Below are positions 18,007 through 27,042 of a DNA stretch of 64,000 nt, piece after piece. The position numbers and the translations under genes are program-made. Position 1 is the stretch's first letter; each line of letters opens with the position of its first letter. Under the pieces are notes generated by a model. The model was not told where the DNA came from, searched no databases, and saw nothing but the letters and a program-made list of their open reading frames with translations. Source of the stretch: Bacteroidota bacterium (GTDB lineage Bacteria; Bacteroidota; Bacteroidia; Flavobacteriales_D; Sanyastnellaceae); the NCBI GenBank assembly GCA_016868835.1, contig VGFR01000001.1:1396-65395 (forward strand), in the 5' to 3' direction.

Positions 18007-19427
18007 GCCTGTGTAATTTCTTTGTTTGCCACCTCTTTATCTTTAACAACCTGTGCCAACATCGTTGCTTCCATCACTTCTTTACCATTAACGTAAGCAA
18101 TTCCCTTCATATTCACCAGCCCTCTTCGAATGGGCGACTCCAATTGAAGTCGGAAAACAAGCGTGTCTCCAGGAAGGACCTTTTGCTTAAACTTAACCCC
18201 ATCTATTTTCATGAAATACGTGCTGTAAAGCTCTGGTTCTTCAACTTTACTTAAGGCAAAAATTCCACCTACTTGAGCCATTGCTTCAATTTGTAAAACG
18301 CCTGGCATGACCGGATTATTTGGGAAATGGCCTTGGAAAAATTGCTCGTTCATGGTTACGTTTTTCACGCCAACAATGGACTCCTCATCCATTGAGATTA
18401 TGCGATCTACCAACAAAAATGGATATCGATGTGGCAACATGGCAGTGATATCATTGATATCATAAACAGTTTGCGACAAGTCAAATTTTCGAATTGAATT
18501 TCTCTCTTTATCCCATTTCTTTAAAACCTTAGCGAAAGCAACGTTACCCGAATGGCCTGGTCTTGCAGCCAATATATGTCCTCTTAAAAACTTACCCGTT
18601 AACGCTAAATCACCAACAATATCCAATAATTTGTGACGCGCAGGTTCGTTTTCAAACTTGAGTTTAATGATATTCAAAACACCCACGCCCTCAATCTTTA
18701 CGTCCAATTCTTCTCTGCCCAGCGCATGCATGATATTTTTTATATGTTCTTCTGAGTAATCGCTGTCAACCATGACAATTGCATTATCTAAACTTCCACC
18801 TTTAATTAACCCATTCTTCGCCAAGTATTCCAATTCTCTGAAAAAAACAAAGGTTCTGCATTGTGCTATCTCCGTAGTAAAATCACTTAATTGATACATC
18901 GAGGCGTGTTGCGTGCCCAAAACCGGAGAATTATAGTCAACCATAACAGTTATTCTATATTCCTTTCCAGCGGTTGGTACAGCTAAAAACTCAACTCCTT
19001 TTTCAGCATCTTCAAAGGTTATGTTTTCATCCAGATCAATGTATTTCCTATCGGCGCTTTGTTCTTGTCTTCCAACGCGTAAAATTTCTGCTACAAAAGG
19101 CCCCGAACTTCCGTCCATAATGGGCATTTCAGGACCTGTCAACTGAAGCAAAGCATTATCTACTTTACAACCGTATAGTGCTGCTAAAACATGTTCTGTA
19201 GTATATACTTTCGCACCATTTTGCTCTAATGTTGTTCCCCTTTGTGTACTTACCACACGATCACAATCTGCGTCAATCATCGGTTGCCCCTCAAGGTCTA
19301 CTCTCTGAAACTTATACCCGTGATTGTCTGGCGCCGGTAAAATAGTAAGCTCAACCGGCTCTCCCGTATGAAGTCCAACTCCATTAAAAACTATTTTTTC
19401 TTTAAGTGTTTTCTGCTTCGTTGCCAT
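18003..19427 (-). CDS. lpxC/fabZ: Bifunctional UDP-3-O-acyl-GlcNAc deacetylase / 3-hydroxyacyl-ACP dehydratase
   Basis: N-terminal LpxC (KQKTLKEKIVFNGVGLHTG...) fused to C-terminal FabZ (LPHRYPFLLVDRI...FFQGHFP...PGVL). This fusion is typical of Bacteroidota. Confidence 0.95.
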   Translation of the reverse strand: MATKQKTLKEKIVFNGVGLHTGEPVELTILPAPDNHGYKFQRVDLEGQPMIDADCDRVVSTQRGTTLEQNGAKVYTTEHVLAALYGCKVDNALLQLTGPEMPIMDGSSGPFVAEILRVGRQEQSADRKYIDLDENITFEDAEKGVEFLAVPTAGKEYRITVMVDYNSPVLGTQHASMYQLSDFTTEIAQCRTFVFFRELEYLAKNGLIKGGSLDNAIVMVDSDYSEEHIKNIMHALGREELDVKIEGVGVLNIIKLKFENEPARHKLLDIVGDLALTGKFLRGHILAARPGHSGNVAFAKVLKKWDKERNSIRKFDLSQTVYDINDITAMLPHRYPFLLVDRIISMDEESIVGVKNVTMNEQFFQGHFPNNPVMPGVLQIEAMAQVGGIFALSKVEEPELYSTYFMKIDGVKFKQKVLPGDTLVFRLQLESPIRRGLVNMKGIAYVNGKEVMEATMLAQVVKDKEVANKEITQA

Positions 19428-19431
19428 TTTC

Positions 19432-19998
19432 TTACTTTTTAACCAGTGCTACCGCTTGATTCGCCAATTCTTTAATCTCATTGGAACTCATTTTTCTTTT
19501 CTGAACCACCTTCATTCTAACGGCAGACAATACGCTCGAAATCCACATTTCAAATAAAATATTGACGTTAATTTTACTGAATTTTCCTTGCTTTTGTCCT
19601 TCTTTAACTATTTCCTTTACAGCCGTTAATGCCCCTTCAAATTCAGCATTATCCATACTAGGGGGTGTATTTCTATATTGAATTAAAGCATGAAATCGCT
19701 GTGGCTCTGAGCTTAAATAGCCAAACAGCTCTATCCAAATCACACTCAACTTCGAAACAGGTTTCAATACCTTATTAGAATACGTTTCATTACAAATTTT
19801 AGCCATTTCCGTGCACGTTTCTAGATGGACCGCATCGAAAAGCGCCTCTTTACTTGGAAAGTGATGATAAATTGTTCCAACCGCCACCTTTGATAGGTTA
19901 GCCACTTCAGACATTGGAGACGCGTGGAATCCGCCGCCAGCGATTAATTTCAAAGTGGTATTTACCACCTTTTGTCTTCTACTTATTTGTTTTGCCAT
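19432..19998 (-). CDS. TetR/AcrR family transcriptional regulator
   Basis: N-terminal HTH (GFHASPMSEVANLSKVAVGTIYHHFPSKEALF). 188 aa. Stop lies 4 nt before the lpxC/fabZ start. Confidence 0.85.
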   Translation of the reverse strand: MAKQISRRQKVVNTTLKLIAGGGFHASPMSEVANLSKVAVGTIYHHFPSKEALFDAVHLETCTEMAKICNETYSNKVLKPVSKLSVIWIELFGYLSSEPQRFHALIQYRNTPPSMDNAEFEGALTAVKEIVKEGQKQGKFSKINVNILFEMWISSVLSAVRMKVVQKRKMSSNEIKELANQAVALVKK

Positions 19999-19999
19999 A

Positions 20000-20017
20000 A
20001 CCGAATATTCGTTCGGT
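20000..20017. promoter_or_regulatory. Operator-like palindrome between the -7 box and the tetR start
   Basis: ACCGAA-tattcg-TTCGGT, with an embedded perfect 10-mer CGAATATTCG (20002-20011). Begins 2 nt upstream of the ATG. Confidence 0.45.
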
Positions 20018-20025
20018 CAAAGATA
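20018..20025 (-). promoter_or_regulatory. -7 promoter box (TATCTTTG on the minus strand) for tetR-lpxC/fabZ-lpxA
   Basis: The plus strand reads caaagata, directly abutting the palindrome. Confidence 0.45.
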
Positions 20026-20108
20026 TTAAGTCAATTCTAGGTTAAAAAAGAAATTTATCAGCACGGGTATATTGAAAACCTCTGACTCTGCTTAATTTCG
20101 AAAAAAAA

Positions 20109-20567
20109 ATGATGAGCATTCAAGAGCAAATAAATGAAGACATCAAAGCGGCAATGAAATCGGGTCAGAAAGATACGTTGCTGGCTTTGAGAGATATTAA
20201 AAGCAAACTCTTATTGGAAATGACTAAGGAGGGCGGCGACGGTGTTGTGGATGATTCAAAATCCATTCAAATCCTTACAAAATTATTTAAGCAAAGACAA
20301 GAGTCCATAGAAATCTATAAAACTCAAAATAGAGCCGATTTGCTTGAAGAGGAACAAAAACAGGCCGGTGTAATAGCTGCCTATCTTCCAAAACAATTAA
20401 CAAAAGAAGAGATAGAGGAAGAAGTTCGATCTATCATTTCACAAGTGGGTGCATCTAGCCCAAGTGAACTAGGAAAAGTTATGGGAGTAGCATCTAAGCA
20501 TTTTGCAGGAAGGGCAGATGGCAAACTCGTATCTGAGGTAGTTAAAGCACAGCTATCTGGAAACTAA
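20109..20567 (+). CDS. GatB/YqeY domain protein
   Basis: MSIQEQINEDIKAAMKSGQKDTLLALRDIKS... is typical of the YqeY family. 152 aa. Confidence 0.85.
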   Translation: MMSIQEQINEDIKAAMKSGQKDTLLALRDIKSKLLLEMTKEGGDGVVDDSKSIQILTKLFKQRQESIEIYKTQNRADLLEEEQKQAGVIAAYLPKQLTKEEIEEEVRSIISQVGASSPSELGKVMGVASKHFAGRADGKLVSEVVKAQLSGN

Positions 20568-20962
20568 TGGAAATCATTGGCCGGAAAATTCATGTTGATT
20601 TACCAGAGCTAAACGGCTTCAATATCCCAGCAAAAATTGATACTGGAGCATTTCGAACTGCCGTACACTGCGAAAAAATTGAATTGGTTCAAGACGAATC
20701 GAAACAAAAACTACATGTATCCTTAAACTGGGGACAGGAAACTTTGTTGTATTCATTTGAAAAGTTTCAAAAAAGAACCATTAAAAACTCCTTCGGACAA
20801 ACTGAAGAGCGCTTTTGCGTTCGAACACTAATCTTAATCAAAGGAAAAAAAATTCGTTCTGAAATTTCATTTTCCATTCGGAAGGAAATGAGATACCCTG
20901 TTCTGGTTGGACGAAAAACCATTGGAAAAAAATTTCTAATCGATGTTTCAAAAGGATTCTAA
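20567..20962 (+). CDS. Retropepsin-like 'ATP-dependent zinc protease' family protein (RimK-associated type)
   Basis: AKIDTGAFRTAVHC matches the family's DTGA motif. 131 aa. Its start overlaps the upstream stop (TAATG). Confidence 0.6.
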   Translation: MEIIGRKIHVDLPELNGFNIPAKIDTGAFRTAVHCEKIELVQDESKQKLHVSLNWGQETLLYSFEKFQKRTIKNSFGQTEERFCVRTLILIKGKKIRSEISFSIRKEMRYPVLVGRKTIGKKFLIDVSKGF

Positions 20963-20969
20963 ATGAAAA

Positions 20970-20994
20970 GGGGCCGCCTCTCCCGAGCGACCCC
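20970..20994 (-). terminator. Probable terminator for the LamG/T9SS gene
   Basis: GGGGCCGC ... GCGACCCC stem with one mismatch. A T-rich run follows only on the minus strand. Confidence 0.45.
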
Positions 20995-21019
20995 CTCTAC
21001 CCTAACATTTTACTCTACG

Positions 21020-24000
21020 TTAGTAGATAAATTTAGTTCCTACAATTTCATTCTTGTTATTAACAATTTGCACGAAATAAACTCCTTTAGCAACCGAAGT
21101 GGTGGTGCTCAGTTTATTCATACTTGCCGTGCGTGTTATTGAATCAACCAACTGACCAGATACGTTATAAATGGATACTTGATATTTTTCTTCATCATGA
21201 AAATTTCCAAAAAGTGTCAGTGTTCCATCTTGATAGTTTGCAACAACATTTTCTTCCATTTGTGTATTCAACACTTCGCTTCTTCGCATAACAAAACGCG
21301 GTTCGTCACTCTTGCTAAGCGTGAGATCTACATGTATTGGTTTCAAACCAATAGACCGGGTTGCGCCTGTAACCAAGTCATACAGCTCCCAACCTGTACC
21401 CACACCTTCAAAATTCAAAGCATACACTCCACCTTGTTGAGAGAAGGCAATCACATAAATTTCTTGGTCGTTTTGAGTATTTATTCTGTTGATTGCATAT
21501 TCATTCCCCTGTGCATCAACCGTAGCTAAAACAGGAACGGTATTCAATGGAGAACGCATTTTAAGCGCATCACGCTGACCATCAAAAACAGCATCATCAC
21601 GGTCATCAAAAACCAAAATGGTCTCATCTTCAACTATTCCATTCGTGAGTTGAATACGCGCCACGTCTACATTGGATTTAAATGTCCCTTCGGTAGAAGT
21701 TTTCACGGTCTCTGTAGCTATTAGTTGCGGAGACGCCGCGTTTGCAATGACATAAAATGCCTGACTGCTTGGTATAATTGGACTGCCACCATATGTGCTT
21801 ACTCCGTTGATGTAACTTGCATATTGACCAAGTGCAGCGTTCCAGACATATACGGCATTATTCATGTTGGTCTTTGTCCATCCTGTTGCATCCCAGTTAA
21901 TAGCAGAAGGATACGGATTCGCAACCAAATTTCTGCCATCAGCTGATGGGTTTGATGTGTTCGTATACGTTACTGGAATGGTCTGGTTTCCTTTGAAAAT
22001 AGCCCCGTCTACATCAATATTATACGTTCCGGCCGACACGTAAACAAAATATCCCCGCCCATCTACAATAGATTCATTAACGCTTCCAACCCCAGCAAAT
22101 CCAGCATTAATTCCACCTGCAACGAATTCCAAATAATACTGTATGCTGTTGAACATTACAGCAGGATAATCTGAACCAAAAAATCCTGTTGTTACCAAAT
22201 CGTCATTCCAATCATTAATGGTCTTATTCTGCGCTGGCGCGCATAGGTTCAGCCAACCGGTTGAGGTTGCAACATGTCGTCTTTGAATAGTTACATTACC
22301 CGTGATATCTCCTGTGGTTAATGGGCCAATACTTCCTGTACTGGTTGCGTCACTAATTAGGGTCAGTTTACCATTTGTGGTGAGTGTTCCGCTATTTATC
22401 TGAACCACTTTGTGTGCATTAACGCCCGGTGAATTTATAGATACACCGTTTGCGTTTGAAATAGTCAAGCCTTGTGCTTGAATCTGCTGTGTTCCGCGAA
22501 GTTGTTGTGGGAATTTTCCGTTCAGTGTTAAGTTAGCGGCTCCACTTGTTGCGGTTAGTGTACCATCTGCATTCACATCTCCGGTGCTGCTCAATAAAAA
22601 ATTTCCTTGAGCAAAAGAGGCTCCTGGTCGTATGTCTAGACCATTACAATACACGTTATTGTCTGCAATCACATTAACACCAGGATTAATAACCAACGCA
22701 GCTTTGCCACAAGACAAAGAAATTACACCTCCTGTTCCATTCGGAGTAACAGCCCATATGGCTCCAGACGCCAAACCACTGGTTACTGCATAATATTTAT
22801 GTGTACCTTCAGCTAATGTGAAAAGTGCGCCATTCGTTAAGCGAACACTTGAAAATTGAATACTATCATTACTTATTACTCCACTAATCGGAGCCTCGTC
22901 TGAAAAACCATTTGCTTCAGGGTCAACCACGAGGCATATGTCATTGGCATTATACGTTAGGCCATTTAAAGCAAATTTCAGATCAACCGTTGACACACTG
23001 CCCGTTACAGTTGCCTTCCAACGTCTACCCAATAAATTTGTAATTCCGCAATTACCCGCTGCGCCTGCTGTAGAAAATGCAGTTGATCCATTGTTATTTC
23101 CAACCACAACATAGGCTCCGTTGGTAAGGTTGGTACTTGACAACTCAATCATACCATCTGAATTAGCACTTCTAGATGAAATCTTAGACAATCCTTGACT
23201 TGTGCTAACGCCTATACCAACAAGATCATTATCATAACCAGAACCACTAAAATACAAATGATCCGAGTCTGCTAATGAGTGACCATACTTGATAGACAAG
23301 TAGGTTAATATTTGCTGTCTTTCTGTGTTTGTGAGCACCCTGTTATAAACGATAACTTCCCCAATATATCCTGAAAACCCAGATGTAGTATATCCTCTGC
23401 CTATTGCACCCGTGTTGGCAGAAATAGAAAAGTTTGAGGCTGAGGCGTCTGTGGATGAACTTAACACACCGTTTAAATACTCAGAAATTGTTCTACCCGC
23501 AGTGCTGCTCGACTCTGCAATTAAAACACGTGGAGTTTCACTACCAGAACTAAAAGCGGTTGAGGACTTGTTAATAGTAGAGGACCCCTGCCCAAAACGA
23601 CAAGTATTATCATTCACCCAACCCAAATGCATTCCTACCGGAGAGGCTTGTTGAACTCCACAAACGTATTGGCTAGTCATGGCGTTGGTTCGTTGAACCA
23701 CAGTAATAATTGTGAAATTTGAATTGCTGATTCCAGAAAAATCTATGTTGAAGAAACGGGTGCCCGAAGTGGTTTCAATTGCTGAATTGCCATTCAAAAT
23801 TCCCTTTCTAAATCGAGGTTGAGCCGGTCCTGTGCTTTGAGTTGCGTGTTTGTTATTCCCGCTTTGATCTTGCCATGAGCTTAAATAAGCACCGTCAACA
23901 GCAGAAGATGTTCCCGCGTCTGCCTTCAACCAAACTGCAAGGCCGGTAGAAACGCCGCCGGGAGATTGTGGTCTTGCTTGAATTATGAAGAGTAATAAGC

Positions 24001-24034
24001 AAGATAAAAAGAAAATAGATTTTATGATTTTCAT
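21020..24034 (-). CDS. Large secreted LamG/concanavalin-like domain protein with T9SS type A C-terminal sorting domain
   Basis: ATG at 24034 gives the signal peptide MKIIKSIFFLSCLLLFIIQA. The N-terminal domain ends GYIGEVIVYNRVLTNTERQQILTYLSIKYG (LamG-like). C-terminus VSIYNVSGQLV...VAKGVYFVQIV. The longer ORF to 24343 has no signal peptide and overlaps recO. Confidence 0.75.
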   Translation of the reverse strand: MKIIKSIFFLSCLLLFIIQARPQSPGGVSTGLAVWLKADAGTSSAVDGAYLSSWQDQSGNNKHATQSTGPAQPRFRKGILNGNSAIETTSGTRFFNIDFSGISNSNFTIITVVQRTNAMTSQYVCGVQQASPVGMHLGWVNDNTCRFGQGSSTINKSSTAFSSGSETPRVLIAESSSTAGRTISEYLNGVLSSSTDASASNFSISANTGAIGRGYTTSGFSGYIGEVIVYNRVLTNTERQQILTYLSIKYGHSLADSDHLYFSGSGYDNDLVGIGVSTSQGLSKISSRSANSDGMIELSSTNLTNGAYVVVGNNNGSTAFSTAGAAGNCGITNLLGRRWKATVTGSVSTVDLKFALNGLTYNANDICLVVDPEANGFSDEAPISGVISNDSIQFSSVRLTNGALFTLAEGTHKYYAVTSGLASGAIWAVTPNGTGGVISLSCGKAALVINPGVNVIADNNVYCNGLDIRPGASFAQGNFLLSSTGDVNADGTLTATSGAANLTLNGKFPQQLRGTQQIQAQGLTISNANGVSINSPGVNAHKVVQINSGTLTTNGKLTLISDATSTGSIGPLTTGDITGNVTIQRRHVATSTGWLNLCAPAQNKTINDWNDDLVTTGFFGSDYPAVMFNSIQYYLEFVAGGINAGFAGVGSVNESIVDGRGYFVYVSAGTYNIDVDGAIFKGNQTIPVTYTNTSNPSADGRNLVANPYPSAINWDATGWTKTNMNNAVYVWNAALGQYASYINGVSTYGGSPIIPSSQAFYVIANAASPQLIATETVKTSTEGTFKSNVDVARIQLTNGIVEDETILVFDDRDDAVFDGQRDALKMRSPLNTVPVLATVDAQGNEYAINRINTQNDQEIYVIAFSQQGGVYALNFEGVGTGWELYDLVTGATRSIGLKPIHVDLTLSKSDEPRFVMRRSEVLNTQMEENVVANYQDGTLTLFGNFHDEEKYQVSIYNVSGQLVDSITRTASMNKLSTTTSVAKGVYFVQIVNNKNEIVGTKFIY

Positions 24035-24131
24035 ATAAATAGGGTATAATTCAAATACGATGTTTCTTTGCAAAGGTTTCATATTTCCGCTGATATACGA
24101 CCAAAAATTATTTGAATTAAAAAATAAACAA

Positions 24132-24773
24132 ATGTTAATTAATGATTTCGCGGTTTGTTTAGGGGTTAGACCATTCAAAGACAACCTTAAGATTCTCGAT
24201 ATTTTTTCAAAGGAAAACGGGAAATTTTCAGTACTATTGAGGGTCAACAAGAAACAACCTATTCCTGTTCCTCTTTCAATATTAAAATTTGAATGCTTCA
24301 AGAAAGAGGCTGGAATTGCCACCGTACAAAAGATTGAGACCATTCAATCAAATAGCGATGCCACTCTTTCACCTGTTGCTGCAACCACATCTCTTTTTAT
24401 TTGTGAACTCATTTATAAATGCGTGCCCGAGCATTACATCAACAGCAACGTTTACCTTTTGCTTCTTCAAGCAGCTAACGAACTCAAGCAAAGTCCGGGC
24501 AACACGCTCATTGCCATTAAATCTACACTAACATTTCTAAGAGAGTTAGGCGTATTAAGTCAGGGGGAAGACCTGCATCAATTCCAAAAGTTATCAGTAC
24601 AACTTCAAACATTCATTTCAAATACGTTGAACAATACTGACTTGAATCAAAAACTTTCAGGATCAGAGAAAAAAAAGGTGATGGAGTGCTGCTTACAACA
24701 CCTGCGCATGCACTTTCAAACCAAACTCGAATTGAATTCACTCGAGTACTTCCATATTGTTTTCCAGGCCTAG
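24132..24773 (+). CDS. recO: DNA repair protein RecO (probable)
   Basis: Size is ~213 aa from ATG 24132. There is an N-terminal OB-like segment, then a SLFICELIYKCVPE...N..VYLLLL...L pattern and a C-terminal HLRMHF...LNSLEYFHIVF, as in Bacteroidota RecO. Confidence 0.6.
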   Translation: MLINDFAVCLGVRPFKDNLKILDIFSKENGKFSVLLRVNKKQPIPVPLSILKFECFKKEAGIATVQKIETIQSNSDATLSPVAATTSLFICELIYKCVPEHYINSNVYLLLLQAANELKQSPGNTLIAIKSTLTFLRELGVLSQGEDLHQFQKLSVQLQTFISNTLNNTDLNQKLSGSEKKKVMECCLQHLRMHFQTKLELNSLEYFHIVFQA

Positions 24774-24793
24774 TAGCTTATCTTCGCTTGACT

Positions 24794-25924
24794 ATGATGT
24801 TTGCTGAAATTATAGGACAAGAAAGCGTTATTCAAAAACTGAGAAATGCAAAAAAAGATGGTCGTGTAGCGCACGCACAATTATTTCTTGGACCTGAAGG
24901 ATCAGGAAATTTTGCCATAGCCTTGGCCTATGCTCAATTCTTAAATTGTCCTAACGCCTCAGAACTCGACAGTTGCGGAACTTGTCCCACGTGCAAAAAA
25001 ATCAGTAACATTCAATATGCTGATTTACACTTTAGCTTTCCCTTTTACAATAAACCCGGAAAAACAGACACCTGCACAGATGATTTTGGTTCCGAGTTTC
25101 GTAATCTCATTCTGCGCTCGCCTTATTTTACCTACGATCAGTGGGTTGAAGAATGTTCCAAAGATCATAAGGCCCTCTTATTTAGCGTAAAAGAAGGGGC
25201 TAATGTTCTACACAAGCTCTCGCTCACTTCATATGAAGGTCAATACAAAATTATTGTTATTTGGAAACCAGAACTATTTAAAGCAGATATTGCTAACATG
25301 CTCCTGAAAATTGTTGAAGAGCCCCCAAAAAACACCTTGTTTTTCTTTGTTGCAAACAGCTCTGAGAATATTCTGAACACCATTCTCTCTCGGGTGCAAA
25401 TTATTCAAGTTCCGAAATTAAAATCTTCCGTCATTCAAGAGGAATTAACTCGCATTGGAGTTGATGCCGGAAAATCAAACGCTATTGCTCATTATGCAGA
25501 TGGCGATTGGTGCGCTGCTCAAAACTTAATTGAAAACGAAGATCCCAACGAATTCTTGGCTGTTCAATTTCAATCTTGGATGAGAAATTGTTATTCCAAA
25601 AAAATTTCAGCTCTATTTAGTTGGTCAACAGAAATGGCTGATCAGTCTAGAGAAAGACAAAAACAATTTCTTCGTTATTGCTTGCACCAAATAAGACAAA
25701 ATCTCATTCTCAATTACTCTAACGATTCATCTCTAGCACAACTAACAGAGAAAGAAAGGGCTTTTTCATCAAAATTTTCACCATTTATTAATCATTTGAA
25801 CGTAGAAGATTTAATGCTGGAACTAGAAAAGGCATACACCTGTGTGAGTCAGAACGTTAATCCAAAAATTCTATTTATGGATTTATCAATAAAAATATTT
25901 CGCTTACTTCAAAGAAGACAATAA
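24794..25924 (+). CDS. holB: DNA polymerase III subunit delta'
   Basis: MMFAEIIGQESVIQKLRNA...AHAQLFLGPEGSGN plus the zinc module CGTCPTCKK. ATG at 24794. Confidence 0.85.
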   Translation: MMFAEIIGQESVIQKLRNAKKDGRVAHAQLFLGPEGSGNFAIALAYAQFLNCPNASELDSCGTCPTCKKISNIQYADLHFSFPFYNKPGKTDTCTDDFGSEFRNLILRSPYFTYDQWVEECSKDHKALLFSVKEGANVLHKLSLTSYEGQYKIIVIWKPELFKADIANMLLKIVEEPPKNTLFFFVANSSENILNTILSRVQIIQVPKLKSSVIQEELTRIGVDAGKSNAIAHYADGDWCAAQNLIENEDPNEFLAVQFQSWMRNCYSKKISALFSWSTEMADQSRERQKQFLRYCLHQIRQNLILNYSNDSSLAQLTEKERAFSSKFSPFINHLNVEDLMLELEKAYTCVSQNVNPKILFMDLSIKIFRLLQRRQ

Positions 25925-25929
25925 AAAAA

Positions 25930-25955
25930 GACCTCGAATTGAGGTCTTTTCTTTT
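25930..25955. terminator. Bidirectional rho-independent terminator (holB / tRNA-Cys)
   Basis: GACCTC-gaatt-GAGGTC hairpin, flanked by an A-run and TTTTCTTTT. Confidence 0.8.
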
Positions 25956-25956
25956 G

Positions 25957-26027
25957 AGGTCCCGAGCGGATTCGAACCGCTGTACAAGCTTTTGCAGAGC
26001 TCTGCCTAGCCGCTCGGCCACAGGACC
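25957..26027 (-). tRNA. tRNA-Cys (anticodon GCA)
   Basis: Hand-folded cloverleaf. Acceptor GGTCCTG/CGGGACC, anticodon loop CTGCAAA, T-loop TTCGAAT, and discriminator U as expected for Cys. CCA is not encoded. Confidence 0.9.
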
Positions 26028-26037
26028 TTTGCGCTTG

Positions 26038-26045
26038 CAAATATA
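26038..26045 (-). promoter_or_regulatory. -7 promoter box (TATATTTG on the minus strand) for tRNA-Cys
   Basis: The plus strand reads caaatata, 10 nt upstream of the mature tRNA 5' end. Confidence 0.5.
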
Positions 26046-26095
26046 GTTGTTTTTTTTACCCGTATCGCCTGCGAACAGAAATAAAAGAAAACAGC

Positions 26096-26103
26096 TATTT
26101 TTG
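26096..26103 (+). promoter_or_regulatory. -7 promoter box (TATTTTTG) for the coiled-coil gene
   Basis: Lies 17 nt upstream of ATG 26121. It overlaps the GTG of the longer ORF call, which argues for the ATG start. Confidence 0.45.
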
Positions 26104-26120
26104 TGACAAATAATTTCAAC

Positions 26121-27038
26121 ATGAACAAAACGCTTGGCATTTCAATCATTGCAGCTCTTGCCCTATCAACACTTGGTTTGGCTATATGGGTGAAATCAAG
26201 TAGAGACCGAATTGCGGAGCTTGAGAAAGCCATAGGACCTTATCAAGTGCTTCAAATGGACCTTGGAAATGCTTCTCCGGAAGATGTTGTAGAGGCCTTT
26301 AAAAGCATGGAAGACTCGCTTGTGCAAATGCAAATGATGTATGACACACTAAGCACAGACAATGCAGAAATGATGTCTCGCATTGAGGAACAAAAAGCTC
26401 AAATCTCCGCTTTAATTCAAAAAGCAAAAAACAGAGATTACGACATTAAAAAATTGGTTGCTGAAACACAAACACTTCGTAATATCATGAAGGGTTACAT
26501 TCATCAAATTGATTCTTTACAACAAGCGAATGATCGACTTTATGCAGAATCGCAAGATGCTAAACAAAAAGCTTCAGATGCTGAAAACAGAAGCAGAGAA
26601 CTTGAGTCTGACTTAAGTCAAACCAAAGAACAGGTTAAAACCGGCGCCGTTCTCTCTACAGGCGGTTTCGTGAATACTGGAATAAGAGAACGTGTAAGTG
26701 GTGCTGAAACCACTACAGATCGTGCCTCGAAAGCCTCAATGATTAAATCCACTTTCACTTTGCGTGAAAATAAATTAGCTAAACCAGGTAGAAAAACCAT
26801 TTACATGAAGGTAGTTGATGCGAGTGGAAAAGTTGTTAGTGGAAAAGGGGGAGGGGCTTTCACCTCTTCAACAGGGGCCGATACGTTCAGCGCTTCTCGT
26901 GAAATTGATTATCAGAATTCAGATACCGACATCAGTATCTATTTCACTCCGAACGGACCTCTCTCAAAAGGTGTTTACAAAATTGAACTTTATGAGTCTG
27001 GAAGCGTAATTGGCAGAACAGAAATTTATTTGAAATAA
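26121..27038 (+). CDS. Membrane-anchored coiled-coil protein with beta-rich C-terminal domain, function unknown
   Basis: N-terminal TM MNKTLGISIIAALALSTLGLAIWV, then ~150 aa of heptad-like Q/E/K-rich sequence. C-terminus KTIYMKVVDASGKVV...GVYKIELYESG. Confidence 0.6.
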   Translation: MNKTLGISIIAALALSTLGLAIWVKSSRDRIAELEKAIGPYQVLQMDLGNASPEDVVEAFKSMEDSLVQMQMMYDTLSTDNAEMMSRIEEQKAQISALIQKAKNRDYDIKKLVAETQTLRNIMKGYIHQIDSLQQANDRLYAESQDAKQKASDAENRSRELESDLSQTKEQVKTGAVLSTGGFVNTGIRERVSGAETTTDRASKASMIKSTFTLRENKLAKPGRKTIYMKVVDASGKVVSGKGGGAFTSSTGADTFSASREIDYQNSDTDISIYFTPNGPLSKGVYKIELYESGSVIGRTEIYLK

Positions 27039-27042
27039 CCCA

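Noticed and set aside
20966-20980. The shared string AAAAGGGGCC(G/A)CC at 20966 and 39699, as a possible dispersed repeat (REP-like) element.
   Set aside because: Only ~13 nt are shared. Both are the 5' arms of unrelated GC-rich terminator hairpins, so the similarity is explained by terminator composition.
24035-24343. A 5' extension of the LamG/T9SS ORF to 24343, and a 5' extension of the recO-like ORF back to 24060, which would give a ~280-nt divergent coding overlap.
   Set aside because: Internal ATGs give a canonical signal peptide (24034) and a RecO-like N-terminus (24132), and leave a normal 97-bp divergent promoter region. The extensions have no supporting features.
25925-26120. tRNA-Cys as a possible integration hotspot or edge of a genomic island.
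   Set aside because: There is no integrase, no direct repeat of the tRNA 3' end, and both flanks are core genes (holB, purF side). The tRNA simply shares a bidirectional terminator with holB.
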